Positions 38,201 through 62,294 of a DNA stretch of 64,000 bases are shown in pieces. How positions within the stretch are numbered: the stretch's first letter is position 1; each line of letters starts with the position of its first letter. A program made the position numbers and the translations under genes. The DNA is taken from positions 1-64,000 of the forward strand of contig NIVC01000463.1 in assembly GCA_002269645.1 (NCBI GenBank). Direction: 5' to 3'. The stretch is from Macrostomum lignano (Eukaryota). The notes beneath the pieces were generated by a model that was not told the origin of the DNA, did not search any database, and saw only the letters and a list, made by a program, of their open reading frames with translations.

Positions 38201-39391
38201 GGGTCTGTATTCTAAGAAACAGAGCTTCTATTCCAAGAAACTGGGTCTGTATTCTAAGAAACGGAGCTGCTATTCCAAGAAACTGGGTCTGTATTCTAAG
38301 AAACAGAGCTGCTATTCCAAGAAATTGGGTTTGTATTATTTAACTCAAGAAACCGAGTTACTGTTCTAAGAAACCCGGACACAATTTTAACAAATTAAAT
38401 ATCCATTTAAAAAAGCGGGGACCATTTTAAGAAACAAAGTTTCTGTTTAAGAATTAAGAGACAAAGACATTCAGAGATTAAACCTCTTTGTCTGCCGCCC
38501 TCTCTGCCGCAGGTATTCACCGACCCGGACGTGCCGCAGAATTTCTTTTACAATCCAAGCGGCAGCCTGGTTCAGATGGCGATGCAACGCTGGATGCGAG
38601 CCGACCTGCGGGCTGACAACATCACCGCTCTGGTGGTGATGCTGGACCCGCCGGGCAGGCCCATGTCGCAGCTGCGCAGCGAACAGCGCGACTTGACGCT
38701 AGCCAGGCTGGGACTGCAGCGAGAGTCGCCGACTGTAGTTGAAGGCGGCTTCTCAGACGATGCCGAACGACAGCAGAGTCAGCAGCAGCAGCCGCTTCGC
38801 CTGCACGATCTGTTGGTCCAGTGCGACAAATGGCAGAACGCCAACAGGCCCGGCGCCAATGCTCACGGCCACGCCAGGCACGCGCCGGCAGCCGCCGTCG
38901 AGCCGAGCGGCAAGCTGACTGGCCAGGCAATGGTGAAACGGCAGGCCGGCAGCGATCGGACCCTGTTCTCGCCCGGCTTCAAACGTTCCCCGGCTCCGCC
39001 CCCGTTGTCGGGCTCGGCGACAGCGTCGGCTCCAGCATCGCAGGCTGCTGGCGTCAGCTTCTACCTGCCAACGACTCCAACAATTGATTCTACTTCTCCG
39101 TCGGCAAAGCGGCAGACTCGATCTACCGCGGCGTCTCCTGCTGCTGCTGCTGCCGCCGCCGCGCCGTCAAGTCCTGCTGGTAAAAAGCAGCAGAAACAGC
39201 AAAAGCAGCAACAATTGAAGCTGAAAAAGTCCGGCTCTGCCGCTGCTGCTGCTACTGCTGCTGCTGCTTCCACTTCTGCAACACCGGTTGCTGCTAAACG
39301 CCGGCGCCTGTCAATGGGCTCCTCGGTGCCGGGAGCTTCGGCTGTTGAAAGCTGTTTAAAACGGCTTCGTAAGCGAAAGAGTGTGCGCTAA
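35201..39391 (+). CDS. PPM1D: Protein phosphatase 1D (Wip1, PP2C family); 1-nt frameshift at ~37680-37683 as assembled
   Basis: join(35201..35534, 37170..37734, 38513..39391). Motifs QGMRAYMED, FGVFDGHGG, W.KT..GL.ST.GTTAS, HVGDS..VLG, LT.EHKP, RVVWRRP, PFLAVARSLGDLWSY....EF.VSPEPDV, ILGSDGLWN, RADNIT. Low-complexity basic C-tail. Confidence 0.95.
36640..36990. repeat. Degenerate ~23-bp repeat (AATCGCCCTAATCCCC...)
   Basis: Direct inspection; resembles the reverse complement of the 39590-40215 array. Confidence 0.65.
37780..38370. repeat. 42-bp minisatellite GGGTCTGTATTCTAAGAAACAGAGCTGCTATTCCAAGAAACT
   Basis: Period 42; fills PPM1D intron 2. Confidence 0.95.
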
Positions 39392-39589
39392 CGGTTTCCC
39401 GGACTTCTGCTGCTAATCGTAATAATGTTTTTTTAACTTTTGTCTATTGCATTCATTCTATCGCGTTACAATACAGCTTTCTGCTTTCTGCAATAATATT
39501 TGCTTCTGTTGGGCCTAGCGGAACAGTGGAAATGCAAAACAGGAGTTTGACGCATCCTGATTGCTATAGCCAAGTTTTATGATTGCAAC

Positions 39590-40215
39590 GATTCTAGGGG
39601 AGGTTTGGGGGCGATTCTAGGGGAGGTTTGGGGGCGATTCTAGGGGAGGTTTGGGGGCGATTCTAGGGGAGGTTTGGGGGCGATTCTAGGGGAGGTTTGG
39701 GGGCGATTCTAGGGGAGGTTTGGGGGCGATTCTAGGGGAGGTTTGGGGGCGATTCTAGGGGAGGTCTAGGGGCGATTCTAGGGGAGGTTTAGGGGCGATT
39801 CTAGGGGAGGTTTAGGGGCGATTCTAGGGGAGGTTTAGGGGCGATTCTAGGGGAGGTTTAGGGGCGATTCTAGGGGAGGTTTAGGGGCGATTCTAGGGGA
39901 GGTCTAGGGGCGATTCTAGGGGAGGTCTAGGGGCGATTCTAGAGGAGTTTTAGGAGCGATTTTAGGGGAGGTCTAGGGGCGATTCTAGGGGAGGTTTAGG
40001 GGCGATTCTATCCATTGATTAGGTGCGATTCTATCTATTGATTAGGAGCGATTCTATCTATTGATTAGGAGCATTCTAAGAGTGGATTAGTGGTGATTCT
40101 AGGGGAGGTTTAGGTGCGATTCTATCCATTGATTAGGTGCGATTCTATCTATTGATTAGGAGCATTCTAAGAGTGGATTAGTGGTGATTCTAGGGGAGGT
40201 TTAGGTGCGATTCTA
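39590..40215. repeat. ~23-bp G-rich minisatellite GATTCTAGGGGAGGTTTAGGGGC
   Basis: Direct inspection. Confidence 0.9.
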
Positions 40216-41344
40216 ATGGTTTTATACGTCGTTTATGAGCGTTTTTTATATACTGTGTATCGAAGTAATCTGGGTTGCCATTCTTTTTACTCTCCGTTTT
40301 GCGTTTCCACTGTTTATTAAAATAAAAATATTGAAATGGTTTAATGCCTTGAATATCTAAAACATGTTTAATTGTTTAATTAACGAAAACACTTAATGAA
40401 AATTACCGGGATAAACTCATAACTTAGTTAAATACTAATTAATAATTAAGAGGCGTCTGATTCAATATTTTGTCTATGGCCGAAACCAAATGGCTTGGGA
40501 TTTAATTTATTAAACGGGGCACAAAATTCCTCATTTACATAATTGTAGTTTAATTGTGCAAATTGAATCTTATGCGTTACTTACTACTTACAGTAGTTTG
40601 CTATATCAGTGTTTTAGTTAATGTATTTTTGTTTTAATGTAATCTAAAAATATCAACTATCAGTTTTGTTTTACCTGTTGTCTGCGTTTTTATCTTTGGG
40701 GTGTAATAATTTATGCTAAGAGTTATTTATTGCTGTAAATATTAATTTGCTTTATGTATCCTTTTTTAGTTTGAATCTTTACAGTAATACATTTTGCAAT
40801 TTCAATTTATTTGATTACTAATTTGCGTAGAAAAGTTGTGTGTTTTATGTAAACTTGTAATGATTAGTAGTTTTGTAATGATTTGAGTTTTAATAACTAA
40901 TATAATGCTAAATGCTGTTACTAAATAGTGGGTTTCCTGTGCATAAACTGCATTTATTTAATTATTTATTGTCACCTATCACTAATGCAACTCTAAGTGT
41001 CTCCAACACTCTACACGCTATACAGCTGTAAGAATAATAAGTTTTATAAGCTTAAAATACAAAATCCAATGTTTAATCTGCCTTGGTTAGTAACTACAGT
41101 CAGCAAAGTAAGTTAATGAACTCCAAGGGTATACTGATCAAATTTTATTAGTCGGCTAACGCTTATTTCCTGTTTTATTTGCTTTTATTTTTACTTAAAG
41201 TAGACGAATTCGCTTATTAAGGAAAAGAAAAGGTAAAAGCGAAAGAAAAAAAGACACTATAAAAACAAAGACTTTTTATAGTGTCTGTAGCTCAGTCTTC
41301 ATACACGTGTAGTCTAGCTATAGGCAAGTTAGATACAGGCAAAG

Positions 41345-42510
41345 CTAGTGTCATTGAGTCGGCTAAAATTAGTGTCATTGGGGGCGCTTAAATTAGTGTC
41401 ATTAGGTCCGCTAAAAGTAGTGTCATTAGGTCCGCTAAAATTACTGTCATTGGGGTGCTAAAAGTAGTGTCATTAGGTCCGCTAAAATTACTGTCATTGG
41501 GGTGCTAAAATTTGGTGTCATTGGAGCGCTAATATTAGTGTCATTAGGTCCGCTAAAATTAGTGTCATTAGGTCCGCCAAAATGTGTCAAATGGGGTGCT
41601 AAAATTAGTGTCATTAGGTCCGCTAAAATTAGTGTCATTAGGTCCGCTAAAGTTAGTGTCATTAGGTCCGCTAAAATTAGTGTCATTAGGTCCGCTAAAA
41701 TTAGTGTCATTAGGTCCGCTAAAATTAGTGTCATTAGGTCCGCTAAAATTAGTGTCATTAGGTCCGCTAAAATAAGTGTCATTAGGTCCGCTAAAATTAG
41801 TGTCATTAGGTCCGCTAAAATTAGTGTCATTAGGTCCGCCAAAATGTGTCATATGGGGTGCTAAAATTAGTGTCATTGGGGTGCTAAAATTATTGTCATT
41901 TGGGTGCTAATATTAATGTCATTGGGGTGCTAAAATTGGTGTCATTGGGGTGCTAAAGTTAGTGTCATCGGGGTGCTAAAGTTAGTGTCATTAGGTCCGC
42001 TAAAATTAGTGTCATTAGGTCCGCTAAAATTAGTGTCATTAGGTCCGCTAAAATTAGTGTCATTAGGTCCGCCAAAATGTGTCATATGGGGTGCTAAAAT
42101 TAGTGTCATTGGGGTGCTAAAATTATTGTCATTTGGGTGCTAATATTAATGTCATTGGGGTGCTAAAATTGGTGTCATTGGGGTGCTAAAGTTAGTGTCA
42201 TTGGGGTGCTAAAGTTAGTGTCATTAGGTCCGCTAAAATTAGTGTCATTAGGTCCGCTAAAATTAGTGTCATTAGGTCCGCTAAAATTATTGTCATTTGG
42301 GTGCTAAAATTAGTGTCATTGGGGTGCTAAAGTTAGTGTCATTGGGGTGCTAAAGTTAGTGTCATTGGGGTGCTAAAGTTAGTGTCATTAGGTCCGCTAA
42401 AAGTAGTGTCATTAGGGTGCTAAAGTTAGTGTCATTGGGGTGCTAAAGTTAGTGTCATTGGGGTGCTAAAGTTAGTGTCATTAGGTCCGCTAAAAGTAGT
42501 GTCATTGCAG
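41345..42510. repeat. 24-bp minisatellite GTCATTAGGTCCGCTAAAATTAGT
   Basis: Direct inspection. Confidence 0.95.
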
Positions 42511-42697
42511 CCCTAAAAATGAGTCGCATGTGTTAAAAATTAAGCCTCATACATGCACGTACAACTCAGGTGCCATGCTGAATCAATAAAATACGCGCAA
42601 AAATTATTTACAAGTATATTATTTAGCAAACTAAAAAAATTCAACCAAGGTTTGAAATGTTTTGAAGACCGATTTCTCAATAAGCCGCGCAGGTCAA

Positions 42698-50775
<8,078 letters not shown>

Positions 50776-51534
50776 TGCTGCTTTTATTTTATTATTGAAG
50801 TGAAAAGACACGATAGGAAGACGCAACCGTCACCGCCAACCCCAACGCCGGAGCTACAATGCTAGTATGGAATAGTCGTTATAGTTGCGTAGCTTCTTCC
50901 TTAACAACAGAGCTATAGGAATATTGGATCGAAAAGCTCCCGCCTAGCAGCTGTTAGTGGCCGTGCACTGACGGGGGTCTGACTGAAGTTGCAACTGTGA
51001 ATGAACGATCGTCCAATTGACAAGTTTAAAATTATATATTCAACTCTGACTGTGAGTATATATAGCGCGTAACGTGTGTGTGTTAGGGGTGTCACGCAGT
51101 GAATATTGCGAACTCACGATATATGCACAAGAGTTGGTTACACAAGTCAACTCGCTGACCACCTCCTAATAGCTTAGCTCTGTTGCTAGACAGAGAAGGG
51201 AGAGAAAGAGAGAGAGAGAAAAGAGTAGAAATTGAAAGAAGGAGCTCAGGAAAAAAAGCAAGGGAAGAGAGAAATTGCATTGACAGTGTCGGGGGTAGGT
51301 ACGTGTATAGGCAGATATCGACCCGCAATAGGAGAAATAACTCCCGCGTTCTTAGCGACTTCCTATTGATTGTACAGCCGGGAAGAATATCTAAATGTAT
51401 TCGAAATTGTTGTCTCGATTCGGAATGCAAGAAAACAGACTGATTTTTTCGCTCGAATACTACTTATAGTATACGCCAAAGTTGAGAATGTAACGCTGGA
51501 AAAAAAGCTGTTAGGCAGTTGTTAGAGTAATCAT

Positions 51535-52090
51535 GTGACACATTGTCTACATCGTGTGACACATATTGTCTGCATCGTGTGACACATTGTCTACATCGTG
51601 TGACACATATTGTCTGCATCGTGTGACACATATTGTCTACATCGTGTGACACATATTGTCTGCATCGTGTGACACACATTGTCTACATCGTGTGACACAT
51701 ATTGTCTACATGGTGTGACACATATTGTCTGCATCGTGTGACACATATTGTCTACATCGTGTGACACATATTGTCTGCATCGTGTGACACATTGTCTACA
51801 TCTTGTGATACATATTTTCTCCATCGTGTGACACATATTGTCTACATCGTGTGACACATATTGTCGACATTGTGTGACACATTGTCTACATGGTGTGACA
51901 CATTGTCTACATTGAGTGACACATATTGTCTACATTGAGTGACATATATTGTCTACATTGAGTGACACATATTGTCTACATTGTGTGACACATATTGTCT
52001 ACATTGAGTGACCCAGTTTGTCGACATTGAGTGACACATATTGTCTACATCTTGTTACATATTGTCTAAACTGTGTGACACATGCTGTCT
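51535..52090. repeat. 23-bp minisatellite GTGTGACACATATTGTCTACATC
   Basis: Direct inspection. Confidence 0.9.
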
Positions 52091-52825
52091 ACAAAAAACA
52101 AACAGATTTTTTGTGAAAAACTCCAGCTAGTAGTATAGAGTCGAATTTATGCAAGTTCATCAAACATCAGGGTGTCCACTTGGTATTTGAACACTGTCGT
52201 TGGGATATAACCGTACACTTTGTCTGTGACTTTGTCTTTGAGATTTCACTGCAATAAATTGCAATAAAGTAATGCAAGTAGATTACAAAATTGAACACTC
52301 CTTTCTCAACTCAACTCTATGCATCCAATCTCAGCTATATAAAGACGTCCTTTTATACTAACCATGTAAGACGCAGATACGCAACTCAAAAAAGCCATTA
52401 GTCTCTATGAGTCAAGGGAATTCGTTAAGTACTTAATCTTCCCCTGTAATCTGCAGTGAGAAATCTGATACAGCTTCAAGCTTATGGATTGGCTAAATGG
52501 TCAATAATGCATTCCTATAATTCTAAGGCTTTGGCTAGAGCTATAGGGGAGAGAAATCCTGCCTGTTAATCTCCCACGCAGTGCATTTTACATAGGATTA
52601 ACTAAATGAAGGGGAAGAGAGGGTGAAGCAAGATGACTGGATCAAAGAGCTGAACTATATAGCTCAGAAATGTACATCCAATAAATGAAATATGAGCACA
52701 TGCCGACCGCTTCCATGTCAACATACATTCTGCTCTGAGCAATAAATAGGCCCTACTCACAGCTACACAAAGCTCAAGAGAGGAATCAAACCGTCAGTTC
52801 TATACAAACCGCCATCTCAGTTGTC

Positions 52826-55257
<2,432 letters not shown>

Positions 55258-55664
55258 GCTTGTCGTGAGCCAACTTTTAATACATTAGGATGGCTACTGT
55301 GAAAAAATAATTGGACTTTTATCAGCTATATCTGAAAATATCAGCGAGAATCAATTAGTTAAATTAAACATAGATTTAAATTTAAAAAATTTTAGAACTA
55401 TTCTGAAAGGTAAATCGATAAATAACGAGTACTCGTATTATTTTGCCTATGTCGAACCAGAGATGAGCCTGCGTGCCGCACACTCTTCGCCAGATATAAA
55501 TTTGAATGAACTAATATAATTTGATTTGAATTTATATGAATGAACTTTCAGGAAGCTAAACAAAATCACTTTATGTACGAGCGTAGCTTCGATTCATTGA
55601 TACCGCCTGATCAAGTTGTTTTGATTGTAGGATATGAGCCCAATGTATAGATATATGTAACTAT

Positions 55665-56075
55665 AGGGGTGGGTGTCTGCCCTAGATAACTGGGGTGAGT
55701 GTCTGCTCTAGATAACTGGGGGTGGTTGTCGGCCCTAGATAACTGGGGATGGGTGTCGGTCCTAGATAACTGGGGGTGGTTGTCGGTCCTAGAAAACTGG
55801 GGCGGGTGGTGTCGGCCCTAGATAACTGGGGTTGGGTGTCGGCCCTAGATAACTGGGGATGGTTGTCGGCCCTAGATAACTGGGGATGGGTGTCGGTCCT
55901 AGATAACTGGGGGTGGTTGTCGGTCCTAGAAAACTGGGACGGGTGGTGTCTGCCCTAGATAACTGGGGTTGGGTGTCGGCCCTAGATAACGGGATGGTTG
56001 TCGGCCCTAGATAACTGGGGGAGGGTGTCTGCCCTAGATAACTGGGGGTGGGTGTCGGTCCTAGATAACTAGGGG
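55665..56075. repeat. 27-bp minisatellite (same family as 54035-54450)
   Basis: Direct inspection. Confidence 0.9.
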
Positions 56076-56142
56076 AAGGGTTCTGTCCTTGGGGATGGGG
56101 TGAGGGAAGGAATGCTACAGTGAATAATTATACCTCAAAAAG

Positions 56143-56511
56143 GGGGCCCATCATAAGCTCGAAAAATCACATCGTCGAAAAGTTTAGCAACCACCATCAC
56201 AAGCTCGAAAAGTCACCAATCTCGAAAAACCCAATTCTCGAAAACTGATTTAGCAGCCATTTATTAAAATTATGTAAAAAGTAAACTTCCACTAATGTTG
56301 TTTTATTTTTCAGTTTTTTAAGCGGTTAAGCGAAATAGAGCAGTTAAATTCTTTAGCGTCTTTTATCTCTTAAGTGAAAACGAAACTTAAATTATGTAGG
56401 GCAGCGTAATACTATGTTATTGTACTGTACTACAATGTAATTGTGACTTTTCGAGCTTGTGATGGAGCCCTGTTTCGACGATGTGATTTTTCGAGCTTAT
56501 GATGGCGACCC
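56143..56511. mobile_element. Second copy of the foldback/MULE-like MITE (opposite orientation, different interior)
   Basis: GGGGCCCATCATAAGCTCGAAAAATC...TTTTTCGAGCTTATGATGGCGACCC. TSD CTCAAAAAG at 56134-56142 and 56512-56520. Confidence 0.8.
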
Positions 56512-56927
56512 CTCAAAAAGCACGCTGTCAGTTTATTAAAAGTTTGAACAAATCAAACACGCGGACAGATTCAAAGTTCATTCAAAATAGTATTTCTGCT
56601 CAAATTCCCTCTCTTATTTACAAGAAGCAGTGCTGTAGTTCATAAAAAAATCGACCAAATACAGTACTTAACCAGTTTGAAACGAAGTTTTACGAACAAG
56701 CGAGCAATCGCTTCCATTTAACTGTTTTATTTCAAATTGTTTGTTTTTTGTTTAAGATCGGATGTAAATAAAGGGATATTCAGAGAAAAATACACGTAAA
56801 AACTTAGCGGACAATAAAGAATTGCGAGAGCAAGTGCTGCTGCGTTTCATCGGTATACAAAACACCAAAATAGAGCAAAATGAATCAGTTGACAGGTGAG
56901 GTTCAGTTGAAAAAATTACCACCATTT

Positions 56928-59900
56928 TTAGCGCCGCGTCGGTTTCTCGTTGAGCACGGTTACCTTTTTAGTAACTTTCTTTTGAGCAGCCTGCGTAGCA
57001 ACCGTTTTTTCTATTTTGCTATCAGCCGATCCGGTCTCATTGTCCGATTCGCACTCGATTAGCAGCGAGGCGGCGTCTCGATCTCCGACAGCGTTCGACT
57101 GACCGCTGTTAACGGCCAGAGCGGCGCTGAACTCGTCATTTTCGTCGGCGTTGTCTTCAATCAGGTGCTGCTTCTTCTCAATATTAGCCGTGTTGGTCAT
57201 GATGGTCTTGGTTGACTCGGCCGGGAACTCCATCCGGTCCATGTAGTACCGGTTGGCGGGATCGTCGCGTCCTTCACCGCGAACTCTCGGTCCGCCAATC
57301 ACCGTGGCTGCCGGCTTCAATTTCTCACCCTTGGGCAAGTTGACGTACAAAGTGACCGTGTCGTCGTTGCACTGCACCAGGCGTTGCAGTATGGCATTGT
57401 TCTTAATATCGTTGACATCCTTGATCTCCGCTCGGAGTCGATTGTCGGTGAAAAAGTCGCCCAAATTGTAGCGATTCTCGAACACGGTGATCTTGACGCA
57501 CTCTCGAACGTAGCCGAAAATCTCCGGCCGGAAGCGCAACTTCTCGGCGTCGTCGATGCCCATAAAGTAGTCCCGGAACTCGTGGTCGCTAATCCGGCTG
57601 AAATAATCCAGCCAGCCGCCGTCCGCCAGGGTTTTCGTTGCCAACTGCAGCGCCGCGTGGAAGGAAGTCTTTTTGTCCAGCCGGTGGCACTTGGACAGCA
57701 GGCCGCACAGCAGGGCGATGCAGCAGTCGCAGTCGAATTCGTACAGAGCGCTGGGCCACTCGGTGTTCGGCTCGCGATTCCTTGGCTTGAACGGCGGCAG
57801 GGCTTCAAGACGTTTTCGACGGCCCTCCTTGGGATTGAAGGGCAGCATTGGTTCGCCGCTCAGCTTGAAGATGCCTTCGTTGATGAAGGTCTCGGCAGCT
57901 TTGATCAAGTTGACGGTGGATTTCAACTTCTTGTCGGCGTAGTAGGCGCTTCGGAGAAGACGGCGCGGATAGGACTTGCAGTTGTTGATGACCTGCAATG
58001 CGGCTGTCAGTCTGTTAGTCTAGTGTGCAGGGGTTCTGGCCTAGCGACATGGGGGAGAGTGGCTCAGTGGTAACCGCGCCTGACTCCCGAGCTACAGTGT
58101 ACATGCCTGACGATTAGACAGTCAAAGGGCCGCTGTACACCCTGTGTGAGCGGGTGTGTGAGTGCGTGCCTGCGTACAGTATTGGCACGCTTGTATATTC
58201 CCACTTGATGCTGTGAGCAGGCAAGAACTCGCACAGGGCCCTAATGGGATACGAGGGCTTGTAGAGTACATGTACACCCTTGATGTACAGCAAGAATGCC
58301 TTACATCAAACATTCTTATTTGGCCAGCTTATTCATTACCTTTTCAGCATCCCGGACCAGAGTGATTTTCATAGCCCTGGTTGGCTGGCAAAGATAGTTC
58401 AAATTGAAGTGCTCTGTTGGTCGTTTGAGCACAGCGCTAGCAAGTCGAGCCACGTTCATTGAGCTCCGCTTAGTAAACAATATGTAAAAAGCGTAATCCA
58501 TGAAATCGTCGAACCACATGTTGGTCTCAACGAAGCGTTTCCTATATACTAAGCGAAACGGTTCCATTGGGAACCAATTGTTGTGCACGAGCATCAGGTG
58601 CAGGATATCGTAGGCTTCGCATAGCATAGCCAGGTTGTGGTCGTACATGCACATTAGATCGCCGTAGCGGTCACCGAAGCAGGTCACAAACTGTGGCTGT
58701 CTGCAACAGTTTCAAATATTAGGGGTTTTAGCCTTTGAAGATGGGTTAGATTATGGTCCAGGTTAGGTACTTGAGTAACATAAACGACTCTATAAAGCGA
58801 CGGGAGACACAGAGATGATGGAAAAGACACCAGAGTGACGTGGAAGACAACAGAGTGACAAGGGAGACATTAGAGTGACGGGGGAGACATTAGAGTTACG
58901 TGGATGACAACAGGGTGACGGGGGAGACACCAGAGTGACGTGGAAGACAACAGAGTGACGGGGGAGACATTAGAGTGACGGGGGAGACATTAGAGTGACG
59001 TGGATGACAACAGGGTGACGGGGGAGACAACAGAGTGACAGGGGAGACAACAGAGTGACGGGGGAGACATTAGAGTGACGTGGATGACAACAGGGTGACG
59101 GGGGAGACAACAGAGTGACCGGGGAGACAACAGAGTGACAGGGGAGACAACAGAGTGACAGGGGAGACAACAGAGTGACGGGGGAGACATTAGAGTGACG
59201 TGGATGACAACAGGGTGACGGGGGAGACAACAGAGTGACAGGGGAGACAACAGAGTGACGGGGGAGACATTAGAGTGACGTGGATGACAACAGGGTGACG
59301 GGGGAGACAACAGAGTGACGGGGGAGACATTAGAGTGACGTGGATGACAACAGGGTGACGGGGGAGACAACAGAGTGACCGGGGAGACAACAGAGTGACA
59401 GGGGAGACAACAGAGTGACGGGGGAGACATTAGAGTGACGTGGATGACAACAGGGTGACGGGGGAGACAACAGAGTGACCGGGGAGACAACAGAGTGACA
59501 GGGGAGACAACAGAGTGACAGGGGAGACAACAGAGTGACAGGGGAGACAACAGAGTGACAGGGGAGACATTAGAGTGACGTGGAAGACAACAGAGTGAAG
59601 GGGGAGACATTAGAGTGACGTGGATGACAACAGGGTGACGGGGGAGACAACAGAGTGACAGGGGAGACAACAGAGTGACAGGGGAGACATTAGAGTGACG
59701 TGGAAGACAACAGAGTGACAGGGGAGACACCGAATGGATATGGAGACACTACTCGTATGTGACGGCGAAGACACCGGGAACGAAAGGACAGACGGCAGAA
59801 TCACCTGGCCAAAATGTGCTTCTTGTTGGTATCCCTATTGATGCACTCGACCAGCTGCCTGGCGGCTTTCATCTTGCCCAGGTAGATGGCCAGCCCCAGC

Positions 59901-60475
59901 GGCGTGAGGTACATGACGGTGTGCCGTCCGAACAGAGAACCAGCCGAACTGGAAGTGTCGTACATCTCCGGCCGGTCGAGTATCTGGAAGTACTTTGACT
60001 TGGTGACGACAAATTGTTTGTTGCCTTTCATCATGGTATGCTGCTGCTGAATAGCGTTCGGGTCCGGGTCGAAGCGAAGCAGACTATTCGTGACCTTGTC
60101 GGACAGAACACGATCGAGTTCCTTCTCGTTCTCGCTGACTACGGTGTTAATTAGCCAAGTAGTTGTCGGATGATACATGTCGAAAAATCTTGGCACCATT
60201 AAGTAGGGCGTTTTATTGGCCTTCTCAAATTTTTGCAATTTCCGCGCGGTATGCTTCCGGTACCTGTGCACCTGCGGCTCCGGCAGGCGGACCATGGTTC
60301 GAGTCATGCCGACTTCTGCTCGATTAAGTAAATAATTGGAAACACAAACTCGACAATTCGCTTTCTTATAGCTCTTAGCGGCACTCTCGTTAATTAACCA
60401 ACTATTGCACGAACTTTGATTGAAGTTGGCGAAAGGTGCCCCCCCCGAGGCCGATTGTACAGAGGCCATAGACAT
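56928..60475 (-). CDS. Uncharacterised ~700-aa protein with one ankyrin-like motif
   Basis: complement(join 60475..59805, 58700..58340, 57992..56928), GT-AG, phases 2 and 0 consistent. Three long GC3-rich open exons. YLTPLGLAIYLGKMKAARQLVEC resembles an ankyrin repeat; acidic then basic C-tail. Confidence 0.8.
58051..58215 (+). mobile_element. SINE family copy with tRNA-like head (internally deleted)
   Basis: GGGGGAGAGTGGCTCAGTGGTAACCGCGCCTGACT (A box), then the GTGTACATGCCTGACGATTAG...GCTGTACACCCTGTGTGAG core. Confidence 0.75.
58810..59730. repeat. 20-bp minisatellite GGGAGACAACAGAGTGACAG
   Basis: Fills intron 58701-59804. Confidence 0.95.
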
Positions 60476-60964
60476 ATCAAGCCGGTAGCTGGTTGCCGAG
60501 GCTCAATGCCGCTCAACGATATTTACCATAGATTTTCGTTAATCATAGATAAGTCGAAGCTAGAAATTACTGACAGCAATTCTTTTATTGTTATAAAAAT
60601 CTCAATTATAATGCAGCAAGTCTCTAAATGGGCAATCAATGAAAATGTAATATATTTGAGTGTTTATCATAAGCATAAGAATTGCATCAATATATAAGGA
60701 TTAATTAGACAAGTAAGAATTCATAAATTGACTAAATAAACCGAGCAGATCAAATGAAACAAGAATATTTAGTTTGTTTTAAGAAGCTTGTTTAGTTAGT
60801 AAATTACACACTACCGATTAGCATTAGTGTTCCTGCTTTTTATTAGCTAGAAATCCTGTTTGAATAGCATTCAAAACGACGGCGAATAAATATATTTGGA
60901 GAATAACAAGTGTTTGTTTTCGATGCCTACAATCTATATACATGCAAACTCCCAACATGATTAA

Positions 60965-62210
60965 GGGAGGCTGGCCTAGCAACTGAGGATCTGGGAGGCT
61001 GGTAGGGCCCAGCAACTGAGGATCTGGGAGGCTGGTGGCTCAGCAACTGAGGATCTTGGAGGCTGGTGGCCCAGCAACTGAGGATCTTGGAGGCTGGTGG
61101 CCCAGCAACTGAGGATCTGGGAGGCTGACCCAGCAACTGAGGATCTGGGAGGCTGGTAGGGCCCAGCAACTGAGGATCTGGGAGGCTGGTGGCTCAGCAA
61201 CTGAGGATCTGGGAGGCTGGTGGCTCAGAAACTGAGGATCTGGGAGGCTGGTGGTTCAGCAACTGAGGATCTGGGAGGCTGGTAGGGCTCAGCAACTGAG
61301 GATCTGGGAGGCTGGTGGCGCAGCAACTGAGGATCTGGGAGGCTGGTGGCTCAGAAACTGAGGATCTGGGAGGCTGGTGGTTCAGCAACTGAGGATATGG
61401 GAGGCTGGTAGGGCTCAGCAACTGAGGATATGGGAGGCTGGTAGGGCTCAGCAACTGAGGATCTGGGAGGCTGGTGGCTCAGCAACTGAGGATCTGGGAG
61501 GCTGGTGGTTCAGCAACTGAGGATCTGGGAGGCTGGTGGCTCAGAAACTGAGGATCTGGGAGGCTGGTGGCTCAGCAACTGAGGATATGGGAGGCTGGTA
61601 GGGCCCAGCAACTGAGGATCTGGGAGACTGACACAGCAACTGAGGATCTGGAAAGCTGGCAGCCCAGCAACTGAGGATCTGGGAGGCTGGCCCAGCAACT
61701 GAGGATCTGGGAGGCTGGCACAGCAGCTGAGGATCTGGGAGGCTGGCACAGCAACTGAGGATCTTGGCGGCTGGTACAGCAACTGAGGATCTGGGAGACT
61801 GACACAGCAACTGAGGATCTGGGAGGCTGGTGGCCCAGTAACTGAGGATCTGGGAGGCTGGCACAGCAGCTGAGGATCTGGGAGGCTGGCCCAGCAACTG
61901 AGGATCTGGGCGGCTGGTACAGCAACTGAGGATCTGGGAGGCTGGCCCAGCAACTGAGGATCTGGGAGGCTGGCCCAGCAACTGAGGATCTGGGAGGCTG
62001 GCCCAGCAACTGAGGATCTGGGAGGCTGGCCCAGCAACTGAGGATCTGGGAGGCTGGCCCAGCAACTGAGGATCTGGGAGGCTGGCCCAGCAACTGAGGA
62101 TCTGGGAGGCTGGCCCAGCAACTGAGGATCTGGGAGGCTGGTGGCTCAGAAACTGAGGATCTGGGAGGCTGGTGGCTCAGCAACTGAGGATCTGGGAGGC
62201 TGGCCCAGAA
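60965..62210. repeat. 28/31-bp minisatellite CAGCAACTGAGGATCTGGGAGGCTGG(TGG)C
   Basis: Direct inspection. Confidence 0.95.
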
Positions 62211-62294
62211 ACTAAGAATCTGATGACCCAACCTAGAATAATTTCGAAAAAAATTGAAATCTACAGCATCAGAAGCTACAATTCTTGTCAAAAA

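Noticed and set aside
57384-58073. 229-aa plus-strand ORF
   Set aside because: Antisense shadow of the GC3-rich minus-strand exon.
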